64,000 bases of DNA from Candidatus Bathyarchaeota archaeon (lineage in GTDB: Archaea > Thermoproteota > Bathyarchaeia > Bathyarchaeales > Bathycorpusculaceae), in assembly GCA_963780185.1 (NCBI GenBank), contig CAWABA010000006.1:512001-576000 (forward strand). The letters are read 5' to 3'. Both the position numbers and the translations under genes were made by a program. Under the pieces are notes generated by a model. That model was not told where the DNA came from. It made no database searches and was given only the letters and a program-made list of their open reading frames with translations. Positions 49,701 through 63,160 of this stretch are shown one piece after another (position 1 is the first letter of the stretch; each line of letters opens with the position of its first letter).

Positions 49701-52700
49701 AACCGCAGAGCCTACATCAGCCCAAACCGTTGTTGTAGCGGTTAAAGCTGGGGTTGCAGTCGCAGTGTTGCCAAATGTAGTGTACGTAACTATACCAGTG
49801 ACTGTAGGTGAACCTGGCGGGGAATTAGCAATTGAGTACTCCAGAGTTAACAGATACTGGGCTTGCGCCGCGTCGCTGATCGCGTGATAAGTTGTCATGG
49901 TTATGGTTGGGACTGAAACTGTTCCGCTTCCGCTTCGTGTGACAGTCGTTGTTGTGGAGTCAACTGTGTAGCTGATTAGGTTGAGTCTGCTTCCACTTGT
50001 AACAGCCCAAATATTATTCAGTACAACGTTGACGCTTGTACCGCTGTCGTACCAGCCGTCAGATGTAGGTGAAGCTGTGATCGAGTACTTTGACCCAATC
50101 AATGTTGAATCAGTCAGATAGTACTGTGTTACTGAGGCGAAGGTGACCGTTTGAGGCGAATTCATTGTGACCGCAGAGGTGGTCAAAGTGCCTGAGCCTT
50201 GCCGCGCAGGATTCTGACTGACACCGTCAATCGCGTAGTTAGTTATGGCAGTTCTGCTTTGTCCTGCGATAGTGTTCCATACCCAGTTGCTGGAAACAGT
50301 TGTGGATGTGCCGCTGTCGTACCAGCCAGTGTCGCCGGCGACTGTTGAGGCAGTACCGTAAGCTATGTTGTTGCCGCCGGTCACTGTTAGGAAGTACTGG
50401 GTTACTGATGTTGCTGTGACGAATTCGTGATTTGCAATAGCACCAGTGAATACTGTAACTGTGCTGGTGGTCAAGGGATCACTGCTCATGGCGCCGCCGT
50501 TTAGTGCGTAGCCAGTTAATCGCATGCCTGTATTAGTGGTTCTGCTCCAGATGCCGTTGAGAACGACTGTCACTGGTGTGCCTGTGTCGTACCAGTAATT
50601 GTCACCGGTGATGGTTGGCAAGGTTATCGAGTTAAGTGCTGCAGTGGAGGTGGTGTCTAGAGTCACTTGGTATTGAGTTACTGAAGTGAATGTGACTGTG
50701 TGAGGAGCGGTCATTACGACTGTGCTTGTTATGACTGTTCCAGCGGTTGCAACAGCTACGGGTGAATTGCTGTCTACTTGCCAAGTTGTGACTCGTTGAC
50801 CTACGCCGCTTGTTCTACTGTAGACGCCGTTTGAACTGACCCATGTAGCGGTGCCGCTGTCGTACCAGTTGTCGTTTGTCGGCGAAACAGTGCCGTAGAG
50901 GATTGAGTTTCCGCCGTTGACAGTGAGGTAATATTGGGTTACTGAGATGAAGCTCACGGTGTGGGCTGCATTCATGACTATTGGTGTAGTGGTCAGAGTG
51001 CCTGAGCCTTGGCGTGTTGGGTACTGGTTTGAACTATCGAGTTGCCAGTTGGATACGGCAGTTCGTTGACCTGATGCAGTGTTCCATACCCAGTCGCTGG
51101 AAACAGTTGTGGATGTGCCGCTGTCATACCAGCCTATGTCGCCTGCGATTGCAGGTGCAGTGCCGTAGACTACGGTGTTGCCGCCGGTCACAGTCAAGAA
51201 GTACTGAGCCGTGGATGTGGCTGTCACGAAGGCATGTCCGCTGATGGCGCCGGAAAGCACAGTAACTGTGGCTGTTGTGGCAGTCGGAGTGGTCACGCCG
51301 TTTACTGCGTAGCCAGTTAGTCTTGTGCCAGTTGTTGCGCCTCTGCTCCAGATGCCGTTTAAGACCAGGCTGACTGAGGTTCCGCTGTCATACCAGTAAC
51401 CGGTGTCGCCGCTGATGGTTGCCGGTGTTATTGAGTTTAGCGCGTTTGTGGTTGTTGAGTCCAATGTCACTAGGTATTGAGTAACTGTTGCGGCGTTAAT
51501 CTGATGCGTAGCGCTCATCGTCATCGTGGTTGTCGTGAATGTGCCTGTTGTGGATTCAGGGATGCTTGTTGCGCTGTCCCAGCTGTAGGAGGACACACGT
51601 GTCCCGGAGCCCGTGCTTGGGCTACGGCCGTATACGCCGTTTAAGGTGGCTGCGACGCCGGTTGTTCCTGCATCGTACCAGTAATTGTCCCCTGAGATTG
51701 TCGGCGAAGTAACGCTGACCAAAGCGCTTGCAGCGCCGGAGTTGAACGTCAACTCGTACTGGACAACGCCTGTGGCGGTTACGAATTCGTGGCTGCTGAT
51801 GGCGCCGCTGAGGACTGTGACTGCTCCAGTGGTAAGTGTTGTAGTGGGAGCTCCGCCGTTTAATGCGTAGCCGGTTAGCCTGTTTCCTGTTGTTCCGGTG
51901 CCTCTTGCCCAAACGCCGTTAAGCACAACTGTTACTGGTGTTCCAGAATCGTACCAGTAGCCGGTGTCGCCGCTGATGGTAGCTGGTGTTATTGAGTTAA
52001 GGGTAGCCAGTGAAGTTGAGTCCAATGTCACTTGGTACTGGGTCACTGAGGTTGCGGTGATGGATTGCGGAGCGGTTATGCCGGCACTTGTGAGTGCTGT
52101 TACCGTGCCTGTTGTAAGTGTTGTGGTGCTTGTTCCGCTGTTTAGTGCGTAGCTGGTGAGTCTCATGCCGGTTCCTGTTGTCCCGGTGCCTCTTGCCCAA
52201 ACGCCGTTAAGCACGACAGTCACTGTTGTTCCAGAATCGTACCAGTAGTTGTCGCCGCTAATTGTCGGCGAGGTAATCGAGTTAAGAGCTAAAGCGGTGG
52301 TTGCATCCAAAGTAACCTCGTACTGAGTCACAGAAGCTGCCGTGACGAATTCGTGGCCTGAGATAGCGCCGTTCATCACTGTAACTGCTCCTGTGGTTGC
52401 GGTGGATACGCCGGTTCCGCCGTTTAGCGCGTAGCCTGTTAGCCTGTTTCCTGTTGTCCCGGTGCCTCTTGCCCAAACGCCGTTAAGCACGACAGTCACT
52501 GGTGTTCCAGAATCGTACCAGTAGTTGTCGCCGCTAACTGTCGGCGAAGTTATCGAGTTAAGAGCAGCCGTGGAGGTCGCGTCTAAAGTCACCTGATACT
52601 GAGTTGTTGACGTCGCCGTCACGAACTTGTGGCTGCTAATAGCGCCTGAAAGCACTGTGACGCCGCCAACTGTGGAAGTCGGAGTATTAGACCCGCCGTT

Positions 52701-55700
52701 TACAACGTAACCCGTCAATCGTGTTCCTGTGCCGCCTGCTCTGTTCCATACGCCGTTGAGGACCAAAGTGACTGGGGTTCCGCTGTCGTACCAGTAGGTG
52801 TCACCGCTTACGGTTGGCGAAGTTATCGTGTTAAGAGCCGCTGTCGTTGTGGCGTCTAAGGTTACTTGGTACTGAGTTACGGATATTGCCGTAAACGATT
52901 CTGAGCTTGCAATTGGTCCAGAGTAGAGTGTAACTGTTCCTGTAGTTGAAGTTGGAGTAATTGTCAGACCGTTGATTGAGTAGCCTGCCAGTCTTGTCCC
53001 TGTACCAGCAGCTCTGTTCCAGACACCGTTCAGCAGCACGTTTACTGCTGTTCCGCTGTCATACCAGTAGTTGTCGCCGCTGATAGTTGGTGAAGTTATC
53101 GAGTTAAGAGCTGCAGTCGAAGTCGCGTCCAAAGTTACCTGGTACTGAGTTACTGAAGTGAAGGTCAATGTGTGTGCACCTGACATAGTGATGGAAGTTG
53201 TGGTTACTGTACCCGTGGTTGCGACAGATGTTGCTGGGTTCGAGTCTACCTGCCAGGATGAAATGCGTTGACCAACTCCGCTAGCTCTGTTGTATATGCC
53301 GTTTGAGCTGACCGTTGTGGATGCGCCTGAGTTGTACCATTGGTCACCGAAGAGTGAAGCTGTGCCGAAGGTTACGCCGTTACCGCCGACCACTGTTAAG
53401 AGGTACTGGTGGTAGTAGCCGGATTCAGATACGGTTCCGGTTCCTGAAACGGTCTTGGCGTCCTGTGAACCTGCAAGCGCCCAGCGTTCTGTATTGGAAG
53501 AGGCTATGGCTGTGACGTAGGTTACTTTGCCTGTTCCCGCGTCAACCCATGTGGCTGCTGCCGGAGTTACTCCGCCTGAGCCGTCAGAGGTGATTGCCTG
53601 GCTGGCTCCGAACTGGAAGTAGTGACCGACGGTTAAGCCGTTAGCGATGTGCGTGCCATCGTTCACGACTGAGTAGCTGAAGGTAACTTGGTACTGATGA
53701 TAGTATGGTTCGTTGATTACTGTGAAGGTGTCGACGTTTATGTTGTTAGGTGAAGATGCAAGTGCCCACTGCTCAGTGCCTGAGTAGGCTACTGTGTTGA
53801 ACGTGACTTGTGCGGTACCTGCGTCAACCCATGCTGAGGCAGGTGTAATTGCGCCTGAAGAGTCAATTGAGAGGGTTTGGGTTACGCCGAATTTCTGGAA
53901 TGACCCGACGATTGAACTCGTTGGGATGACTGATTCGTCTTGCGTGGTGCACAGGAAGGCAACGCTCCATTGATGGAAGTATTCTGGGTCAGCTGTTCTA
54001 GATGCTGAGCCGACTGAGGCTATGACTGTGTGTGTGGGTCCGAGGTCGCTTGTGGATATTTGGTAGCGTTCGTGTCCTGAAATCGAGACTGGTGAAGCGT
54101 AATTAATTGAGGTTCCGACGTCTACCCAGTCGTTTGAAAGGGAGAGCACACCTTGTTGGTTAGTTGAAAGATGCATTGCACCGCCGAACTGTGTATAGAA
54201 CACCAAGTTTGCTTGGTTTGATATGGCTGAGCCGTCGTTGGTTGTGTAGTCGAAGGAGACTAGCCATTGGTGATAGTACCCTGTCTCAGTGATCGTTGCA
54301 GAAGATAAGACGTTGTAGTAACTGGTTGAAGTCAAAGCCCATCGCTCGACACCTGAAGAAGCAACAGCTGTTCCATAAGCAACATTGTTGTAGCCTGCAT
54401 CAAGCCAAACAGTGCCTGCTGAAGTCACACCGTAAGTTCCGCTTGGAGACGAGTAAAGCGTTACAGTGTTACCGAACTGTGTGTATGAGCCTATGGCTAA
54501 GTTGCTGCTGGCGTCGCTGTCCCAAATGGCGCTGGAATCATTGGTTGTGTAGCTTAAAGTCACATGGTACTGGTGATAGTAGGTTGGGTCAACAGTGTCT
54601 GCTCCGCTTACGGTGTCTACGACTGAATAACCGGCTGAGAAAGGCAAGTTTATCATATAGCGTTCTGTGCCGGAAATGCTAATTGGATTGGCGTAAAAGA
54701 CACTTGAGGCTGCGTCGGTCCAGTCGCTGAATCCAGTTGCATGGTTGCCTAAGACGGCACTGCCGAATTGATAGTAGACAACCGCCGGAGGAGTTACTGA
54801 GCTGCTGTCTGAGGTGCTGTAGGTGAAGGTTACCAGATATTGGTGATAGTAGCTTTCTGTGTATGATCCTGCGCCCGCTACATTTTGATAGTCTGTTCCG
54901 CCGCCCAAGAATATGGCGTGTGATGCCCATTCCTCTGTGCTTGAAGCAGATATTAGGAAGTAACGTACGTTGGCTGTGCCTGCATCAACCCATGTCGCTG
55001 CGGAAGGCGAAACTGCGCCTGCGCCGTCAGACATGATTGCGTGCCAAGAGCCGAACTGATAGTACTGGCCGATATCGCCGCTTGGAACATTGCTTGCGTC
55101 GTTGACAACTGAGTAACCGAAGGTTACTGAGTACTGGTGGTAGTAGTCGGGGTTAGTCGGCGAGGTAGATGAATCAACTGAAGTGGAAATGTATGATAGC
55201 CCGCCCACGGTTGTGAAGTCTATTGACCACTGCTCAGATGATGTGGAGTCGCTTGTCAGTGTGGGGTATGCAACTGTTGTGCCTGCATCAGCCCAATCAA
55301 ATGCACCGCCGCCAGAGTCTGCAGTCATAGAATCGGACAGACCAAACTGGGTATAGTAGGCTGTTGGAGCAGCTGGAGAGCCGCCGCCGATGACTGTGTA
55401 TTCAAAGGTCACTTTGAACTGGTGATAGTAGGTCGGGTCAATCGTCAAAGTTGATCCGCTAACGCTGGAAACAATCTGAGATAAGCCGCCGACAACGGTG
55501 TAGTCTGCTTGCCAACGCTCAGTGCCAGATGCGCTGATTGGATTGTCGTAGGAGACTGCTGTGCCTGCGTCGACCCACTGTATCACGTGATGGTCTGTTG
55601 CGGCTATCACGGTGTATGCTCCGCCGAACTGTTTGTAGTGTGCGGTCGGAGCGCTTGGAGAGCCGTCAGTTACTGAATATTGGAATATGACGCTGAATTG

Positions 55701-58700
55701 ATGATAGTACTCTGGGTTAGCTGTCACTGCGCCTGTGCCAACTGAGGAGATAACCGTGTTGGTTCCTGTGTCGGCTGAGTCAATTATGTATTGTTCTGTG
55801 CCTGCCAAGCCGATTGCTATTGGTGAGTTGTACAGAACTGCTGTGCCTGCATCTGCCCAGTCGCTTGATTTGGAGAGGGCGCCTGAACCGTCAGTTGACA
55901 AGTAAGATGTGCTGCCGAATTGAGTGTACGCAACCATGCTAGATTGGCTTGCAAGAGCGGTTGCATCGTTGGTTGTGTAGGCGAATGATACCATGAATTG
56001 GTGGACGTAGCTTGTTGGAGGCGAAATCGTGCCGCCGCTCGTCGTTATAATTGGCTGATAGGCGTTGCCGTAAAGTGCCCAGCGCTCAGTTCCTGTGCTG
56101 GCGTGGGAAGTTCCTGGGAAAGTCACGGTTGTGCCGTAGTCAACCCATCCCGCTGTGCTGTAGGAATCACCAGAGTTTAGAGTGACAATGGTTGAACCAC
56201 TAGTGCCGAAGTAGGTGCCTGTAACTGCAACGTAGTCTGGTGCTGAAAGACCCGAGACGGCGAAGGTGTTCTGCAACTGGTGATAGTATGTGGGGTTAAC
56301 TGTTCCGGATGCAGCTAGTGACGATACGACTGTGTGGGATCCGCCGTCACCTGAGGCAATCATGTACCGCTCGTCGCCGGAAATGGCGATTGGAGAGTTG
56401 TAGAGGATTGCGGTGGTTGCGTCAACCCAGTCGCTTGCCACCGTGAGTGCGCCTGAACCGTCAGTTGAAACGTAGCTCGTAGCCGTGGATGATGTGTAAG
56501 TTATCAGGTTCGTCTGGCTTATGAGTGGTGAAGCGTCGCTGGTTGTGTAGTCGAAGTAAATCAGGTATTGGTGGATGTATTGATCGCCGTAGGCTGCTCC
56601 TCCCGTTGTGATTGGACCATAAGTATCTCCTGAGGAGGCCCAGCGTTCGGTTCCGCTGCTCAAAGTGGTTGTTATTGGGAAAGTTGCTGTAGTGCCGTAG
56701 TCAGTCCAGCCTGTGGTGCTCCAGCCGTTGCCCGTATTGAGCTCTGCAATTGTTGCTGGTACGCCAAAAGCGGTTCCATTGACGTCAATTGAGTCGCTGG
56801 CGCCTGCACTGCCGTCGAGGAATGTTGCGTCGAAAGTGTTCTTCATTTGTCTGAAGTATTCGGGGTTAGCCGTCTTGTGGCTTGAGCCAACAGAGGAAAT
56901 TACGGTGCTGGTTCCGCTGTCTGCTAGGGCAATCTTGTAGGCCTCGTTTGCTGAGATTGAAATGGGTGAATTGTACAGGACCGATGTTGTTGCGTCAGCC
57001 CAGTCGCTTGACTTGGACAAGACGCCAAAAGCATCTGTTGAAAGATGCATTGTGCTTCCGAATTGGGTGTAAGTTACCAAGTTGGCTTTGCTGTTAAGAG
57101 TCGAAGCATCACTCGTTGTATAAGCAAACGAAACTGAGAACTGGTGATAGTACTCAGCACTGGCTGTCATATGGGTACTGTCTACCGTGGCTATTACTGT
57201 GTGAGACCCTCCGTCGCCTGAAGCAATCATGTACTGCTCGTCTCCGGATAGCCCGATCGCTATTGGAGAGGCGTACGTGACAGCGCTTCCCGCGTCGACC
57301 CATTCCGTGGATGCAGGTGTAAGTGCGCCGCCGCTGTTAGTTGACAGGTATGTTGCGCTTCCGAAGTGTTGGTAAGTCACTACGTTAGATTGGCTTGCAA
57401 GGTTTGAGCCGTCATTAGTTGTGAAGGAGAATGAAACCGAGAATTGGTGATAATAAGAGGTCTCATACGCCGTTCCCCATGTGTTGACTAAGAAGAGTTG
57501 AGGTGAAGAGGATAGAGCCCAACGCTCAGTGTTTGAGGATGCAGTTGCAGTTACGAAGTTAACTGTTCCTACGCCTGCATCAACCCAAACGGCAACTGAT
57601 GGTGAAACGCCGCCTAAGCCGTCAGAGGTGATATCGTTCGATGAGCCGAATTGCCAGTAGTGACCGACAACAAGTGTGTTAGGGATGTCACTGAGGTCAG
57701 AAGTGCTGTAGCTGAAGTCGACTTTGTACTGGTGATAGTACAATGGGTTGGCTGTTACTGCACCTGTGCCAACTGAGGAAATTACTGTGTGTGTTCCCGC
57801 GTCGGCTGAATTAATCATGTACTGCTCATGTCCTGCCCCGCCGATTGCTATCGCTGAGTTGTACAAAACGGTGGTGCCTGCATCAGCCCAGTCGCTGGAA
57901 GCTGACAATACGCCGGAACCGTCGGTTGATAGATGCATTGTGCCTGTGAACTGGGTGTAAGTCACCAAGTTAGATTGGCTTACAAGAAGCGAACCGTAGT
58001 TTACCGTGTAGGCGAATGATACCAAGAATTGGTGAGTGTATGCGTGTGAGTAGCTGCCTCCGCCTGCTGCTAAAGCGCCTGTTGAAGCTGCGCCGCCGCT
58101 AAGAGCCCAACGTTCACTGCCAGTGCTTGCACTAGAGGTTGCTGGGAAAGTAACCGCAGTGTTACGGTCGCTCCAAGCTGTTGTGCTCCAGCCGTTGCCA
58201 GTGCTAAGAGTCACGATGGTTACCGGAGATGAGCCATATAGTGAGCCGGTTAATACGACGGTGTCGCTGCCTGAGACTCCAGTTACGGTGAACGTGTTCA
58301 ATACCTGTAGGAAGTAATCAGGGCTAGGTGTCAAAGTTGATCCGCTGACGCTGGAAACAATAGTTGATTTGCCGCTTGAAACCGTAAAGTCTGCTTGCCA
58401 ACGCTCATTTGCAATTGCACTTAACGGGTTATCATATTGGATTGCCGTAGTTGCGTCAACCCAGTCAACAGCACCGCCAGTAAGAGCAGTTATAGTCTGC
58501 GCGGAACCAAACTGGGTGTAGTACGCTGTCGGGTCGCTTGGAACAGCTAAGCCGCCGCCGTTGTTAAATGAATACTCGAATGCGACTTGGAACTGGTGAT
58601 AATACAGGTATGCAGTTGTTTGGGTAGCGGAAACTGTACCTGAAGCAGTCGTTGCTGTCTGCCAGCGTTCGTTGCCTGCTGAGCCTGTAAGCGGGTTATC

Positions 58701-60985
58701 TACTGCCCATGAGGTAGTTGCGTCAAGCCAGTAGTCTGTAGCTGTGCCTGTGAGGGTTGGTGTATAAGCGCTTCCAGCTTGTGTGGCTGTTAAGACTGGT
58801 GCTGATGCGCCTGTGTCGCCGTCAACAATTGAGTAAGACAGGACAAACTTGAATTGATGATAGAAGTTCATTGGAGCAGAGCCGCTCGCAGTGACAAGAT
58901 AGTATGCGAAACTTGGATTGACTTCCCAGCGCTCCGTTCCAGAAGAAGCTGTAGCGGTTGAATATGTAAGATGGCTACCTGCATCAGCCCAGTCGCTTGA
59001 TGGAGACGTAACGGCATATGTGGTTGTTGAGTCGATAGACATGGACGAGCCAAATTGCTTGTAATCGCCAATGACCAAGCCGCTTGCAATGGGTGTAGGG
59101 TTGTCGTTGGTGCTGTAGCCGAAACTGACCACAAATTGGTGATAGTAGCCAGATTCTGAAAGAGTGCCGGTAGCAGAAACGTCATGCTGTCCGGCGAAGA
59201 AGCCAACGCCCAACGCTCGGTAGTTGAGCTTGCGACAGCGGTAACGTAATTCACGTTGCCTGCGCCTGCGTCGACCCAAGTTGCTGAGGAAGGTGAAACG
59301 CCGCCTGAGCCGTCAGAGGTTATAGAGTTTGATGAACCGAACTGCCAGTAGTGACCGACGACGAGGCTGCTATCAATGTCGCCGCTGTTGACTACTGAGT
59401 AGCCGAAGGAAACTTCGTACTGGTGATAATAGCCGTATTCAAAGATGTTGTTGCCTGGACCCAAAGATAAACCTGAGAAAGAGTCTGACCCTGCGGATAG
59501 AGCCCAACGTTCTGTGCCAGATGTAGCAGTGTATGTTGTGAAGGTTATGGAACCTGCTGCATCGACCCATGTTTGGTACGTCCAGCCACCATAGTTGTCG
59601 CTTCCAGTCGTGTAGGTATAGGTCCCGTCGGAGTAGTATGAATAGAAATTGATGGAAGAACCAAATTGAGTGTAAGTACCCATGAGGGCGCCCGTTGGAA
59701 TCCCGCTGAGGTCAGTTGGGTGAGCATAGAGCCCCATGTAGTATTGGTGATAGAAATGAGTCTCTGTTATGGTGCCAGAACCAGTGACGCTGTATTCGTT
59801 GGCGTAGGTGCCTAACGTTGGATTGTACGCTATCGCCCAAGCTTCATCACCAACGGTGGTCCTGTAATAGGCAACTGTGTTGCTGCCGGCGTTAACCCAA
59901 TCGCTGGAGGCTGTCCCGCCGCTGACTGCAGCGCCATAACCGCTGCCTGGAGCCGACCAAATATCTACGTAGGAGTTGAACTGCGCAAAGTTTCCAATAG
60001 CCAAGCCGCTGCCCACGTTATGTATTGTTGAGTCGTCGTCGGTAGTGTAGGCAAAGGAGGTAAGGTACTGGTGATAGTACGTTGGGTTGATTGGGGATGT
60101 GCTTGAACCGACGCTTGAGGCAACTGTGGAGACACCGCTTGAAATTGTTAAGTCTGTTTGCCAACGCTCGGAGCCGCCTGAACCAACCAGCGGGTTAGTG
60201 TATGTGACGGCGGTTGTTGCGTCAACCCAATCGGACACGGAAGTGTCGGTGGCAGCAGTCTTTGTTAGAGGTGTACCGAATTTGGTGTAAGAGGCAGTTG
60301 GAGCTGAAGAGCCGCTCGCGCCGCCATTCACGGAGTATTGGAAGACCACATCAAACTGATGATAGTACAAAGGAGTTACGGAAATGGGTCCGGTAACTTG
60401 ACCACTTGCGCTAGCTGGGTTACTTATAGCCCACTGCTCAGTCAACGAAGGTGTGTAGATTGGATCATCAAAGGAATAAACTGTTTGTGCATCCAGCCAA
60501 ACACTCTGAGTTGAAGCGGTGAAACTAAAGGATCCTTTGGTGCCGTACTGGTAACCATAAAATCGGGCTGCTGGCGATGGAGTTGAAGCGTCAGATGTTG
60601 AGTAACTGTAAGTTACATAAAACTGTCGGTAATAGGTAGGATTTAGTACCGTATCAGCGCTCGCGGTCCCGCTTAACGTGGCATTATTGGTCTCCCAACG
60701 CACTAAACCATTACCATAAGCCGGATTAGAAATTGACCATGAGCTACCAGACGAGACTTCATAGGCTACTGGGCTAGTAGTCAGGGAAACAACCTGAGGC
60801 CCTGTATTGAAGTCTACATAAGTGAAGGTTGGTGCGGTAGTTGGAATTGAAGTGTCGGATACTGAATAGCTTAAGAAGAAAGTATCGTAAGTTGAAGCTT
60901 TTGCTTGGTTTACGCATAGGTAACTGACTGATAGTATGGCTATGGTTACGAGCAATATTGCTAATATTTTCATGTTTTTTTGCAT
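46725..60985 (-). CDS. Giant (~4750 aa) repetitive cell-surface protein; single frameshift near 59186
   Basis: ORF 58868-60985 (signal peptide) joins ORF 46725-59279 as ALASSPDS-HDVSATGTLSESGYYHQ, matching the paralogous repeat ALAGSQDAKTVSGTGTVSESGYYHQ. Dozens of ~95-aa YYHQY...WxDAG...ERW repeats, InlB-B-like repeats, then HFSTH, PT linker, TM and RRKKTK. Confidence 0.9.
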
Positions 60986-61898
60986 TTTTTAATCCTCTCT
61001 TCCTTTTTTGTTAATGTTGTAACTGTGTTGTTTGTTATTGTTGCAGCTATCGATGAGTAAAGACGTGACGTTTGGGGAACCATTTGCCAAAAAAGAGTCA
61101 TTTCTAACTGTTTTTTGAGTTAAATTTGAGGTAAAAATATCGAAATTTAATGTGCTAGTATACCCTCTCATCTCTCGTCTTCCTCCATGACATGTAACTG
61201 CTTGGCTGGCTCTTATCTTAAAAGTAGTATATAAAATATGTGGATGAAAGATACATGGATATTTAATGCATATTATACAGAAATATACCTGCATTGTTCT
61301 ATGCCTATCATGCTGAACATGTTCATGCACATTTGATGCACAGAAAACAACGAAAAAAATAGCAACCGCCCCCACGCAACGGAAAACCAAGGCGTCCACT
61401 CGAAAAACGGCTTTTCTCCATGGAAAATTAGGAGTTTTCCCCACAAAAGAAGCATATTGAAACATATTAGAAACATACCAAGGCATACGGAAGACCCGAG
61501 AAGGCGTTGCCCCGCATAACGTTAGACTGCTTTGGCGAGCTATTTGGCTCGTCTAGATGCCCCTATTTGGTTCCTCTAGAAAACCGTAGGGGGGATGGGT
61601 ACGAAAAAATAAATATCCTGCTTAAGACGCCAAAAATCCCAGCTTGGCTGAAGGGAAAGAACTTCGCTCGTTGATGATGATGGAGTATTTTCCTTCTTCT
61701 TCCAAAAAAGTAACCTCTAGGAGACGCAAACGTGGCAGGGACAAGCAATTATTTGCTGACAAAGTATAGCAAAAAGCAATAAATGATCAGGGTAAGCTAC
61801 GTATCGCAAGAAACAAAGATTCTGAGGCACTAAAATTTTTTATACCTACATCAACCATTCTATTAGCTGCAGAGCGCAAGCTCGGTGTATAACCACTA

Positions 61899-62441
61899 AT
61901 GATCAGCACCCAAACATTAACCAACTTAGGCGAAAAGAACTTTGAACCGACCAAAACCGTTGGCTTAATCTCAGACACACATGTGCCAAAAAGGGCGGCA
62001 AAGATTCCTCAGAAAGTTTTTGACATCTTCCAAAACGTGGATTTCATCGTACACGCCGGCGACCTTGTTGAGTTATCAGTCATCGACGAGTTGGAGCAGG
62101 CCGCACCGGTTTTGGCAGTTCACGGCAACATGGACAGCCCCCAAGCCAACGAATCCCTGCCCACGCTCAACTCGCTGAAAATTTTCGATTGGAAAATCGG
62201 CGTAATGCATGACCCAGACGCCTTAAATGGCTCCGACAAGATGCGCTACATTGCAGAAGAAAACGCCTTTAACGTTTTAGTTTACGGCCACACGCACACC
62301 CCAAGGATCAAGTGGGAAGGAGAAATCCTCTTTATCAACCCTGGAAGCCCAACTGACCCAGCGTCTTTTCTTAACAAACCCTCGGTGGGGCTGCTGCAGA
62401 TAACGCGCAAGGCAATTAAGCCTCAGATAATCGACCTCTAA
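61899..62441 (+). CDS. YfcE/MJ0936/Vps29-family metallophosphoesterase
   Basis: ISDTH, HAGD, HGNMD, GHTH and INPGS. Confidence 0.93.
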   Translation: MISTQTLTNLGEKNFEPTKTVGLISDTHVPKRAAKIPQKVFDIFQNVDFIVHAGDLVELSVIDELEQAAPVLAVHGNMDSPQANESLPTLNSLKIFDWKIGVMHDPDALNGSDKMRYIAEENAFNVLVYGHTHTPRIKWEGEILFINPGSPTDPASFLNKPSVGLLQITRKAIKPQIIDL

Positions 62442-62896
62442 CCCATCAATGCAGACCAATAAAGAACGCCGTAAAGAACAAAACCAAAAGCCAAAGCGAC
62501 AAGCCACACCGTGATGGTTGCCAACATGAACTTTTTCCTCGTAAAGCACTTTTCTAAGCCGGTGCGGCGCCAAGAAAGAACAAGCCACAGACCAAGCGAA
62601 ACAGCTACGACGCCAAGCGGCACATGGATCAGGGTGATGATTGAGGTTAAGTCGGATAGGTGTGGGAGAACGAAAACGGGGATGATCGCTAAAACTAAGG
62701 TGGGCACCATGAACGCGAATATCATGGATAGGTGCAGAATCAGGGCGGCTGTCATGGCGCGGGCGTGTTGTGGAAACTTTGCTTTGCTCCGTAGCCAGTA
62801 GCCGTAGAGCAGCAGAAACAGAACGATTGCTTGGATGGTTAGGCTAACGGTGGCGAATAGTAGGAAGGGGTTGTTTAGAAGCGACATGGCGCTCAT
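62438..62896 (-). CDS. Four-TM membrane protein (DUF420-like)
   Basis: Four hydrophobic helices with His motifs HARAM and IHVPLG. Confidence 0.7.
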   Translation of the reverse strand: MSAMSLLNNPFLLFATVSLTIQAIVLFLLLYGYWLRSKAKFPQHARAMTAALILHLSMIFAFMVPTLVLAIIPVFVLPHLSDLTSIITLIHVPLGVVAVSLGLWLVLSWRRTGLEKCFTRKKFMLATITVWLVALAFGFVLYGVLYWSALMG

Positions 62897-63022
62897 TAAA
62901 CCACAGACGTCTAAACGTATAAAGTTTCACTTTCACTCACCCCTCCCCTGCCCCAAACATTCGCTGGAGCAGTTTCCTTAAAAGGACTTAACGCCAAAAG
63001 ACGGCTTCTAGAGGTAAAAAAC

Positions 63023-63160
63023 ATGGAGCATTGTAAAAACCCGTGGAAAGACGACTGCAAAAGCGAAAACATCAAACTCTACATCGAGCTGAAAGGCGAA
63101 AAACTGCCGATATGCCAGCAATGCTGGAACAAGATTGCTGACCAAGAAATCGAGTGGTGA
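63023..63160 (+). CDS. 45-aa zinc-finger microprotein
   Basis: MEHCKNPWKDDCKSENIKLYIELKGEKLPICQQCWNKIADQEIEW with GAGGT SD. Stop overlaps the next start (GTGA). Confidence 0.75.
   Translation: MEHCKNPWKDDCKSENIKLYIELKGEKLPICQQCWNKIADQEIEW

Noticed and set aside
965-59200. Frameshifts in at least a dozen genes read as programmed frameshifting or mass pseudogenisation
   Set aside because: They hit housekeeping (proC), transport, R-M and surface genes alike, share no slippery motif, and come with no in-frame stops or other decay. This pattern is typical of long-read indel errors; short-read polishing would decide.
46725-60985. Diversity-generating retroelement TR/VR pair among the near-identical repeats
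   Set aside because: No reverse transcriptase in the window, all repeat copies are in-frame coding, and differences are not visibly adenine-specific.
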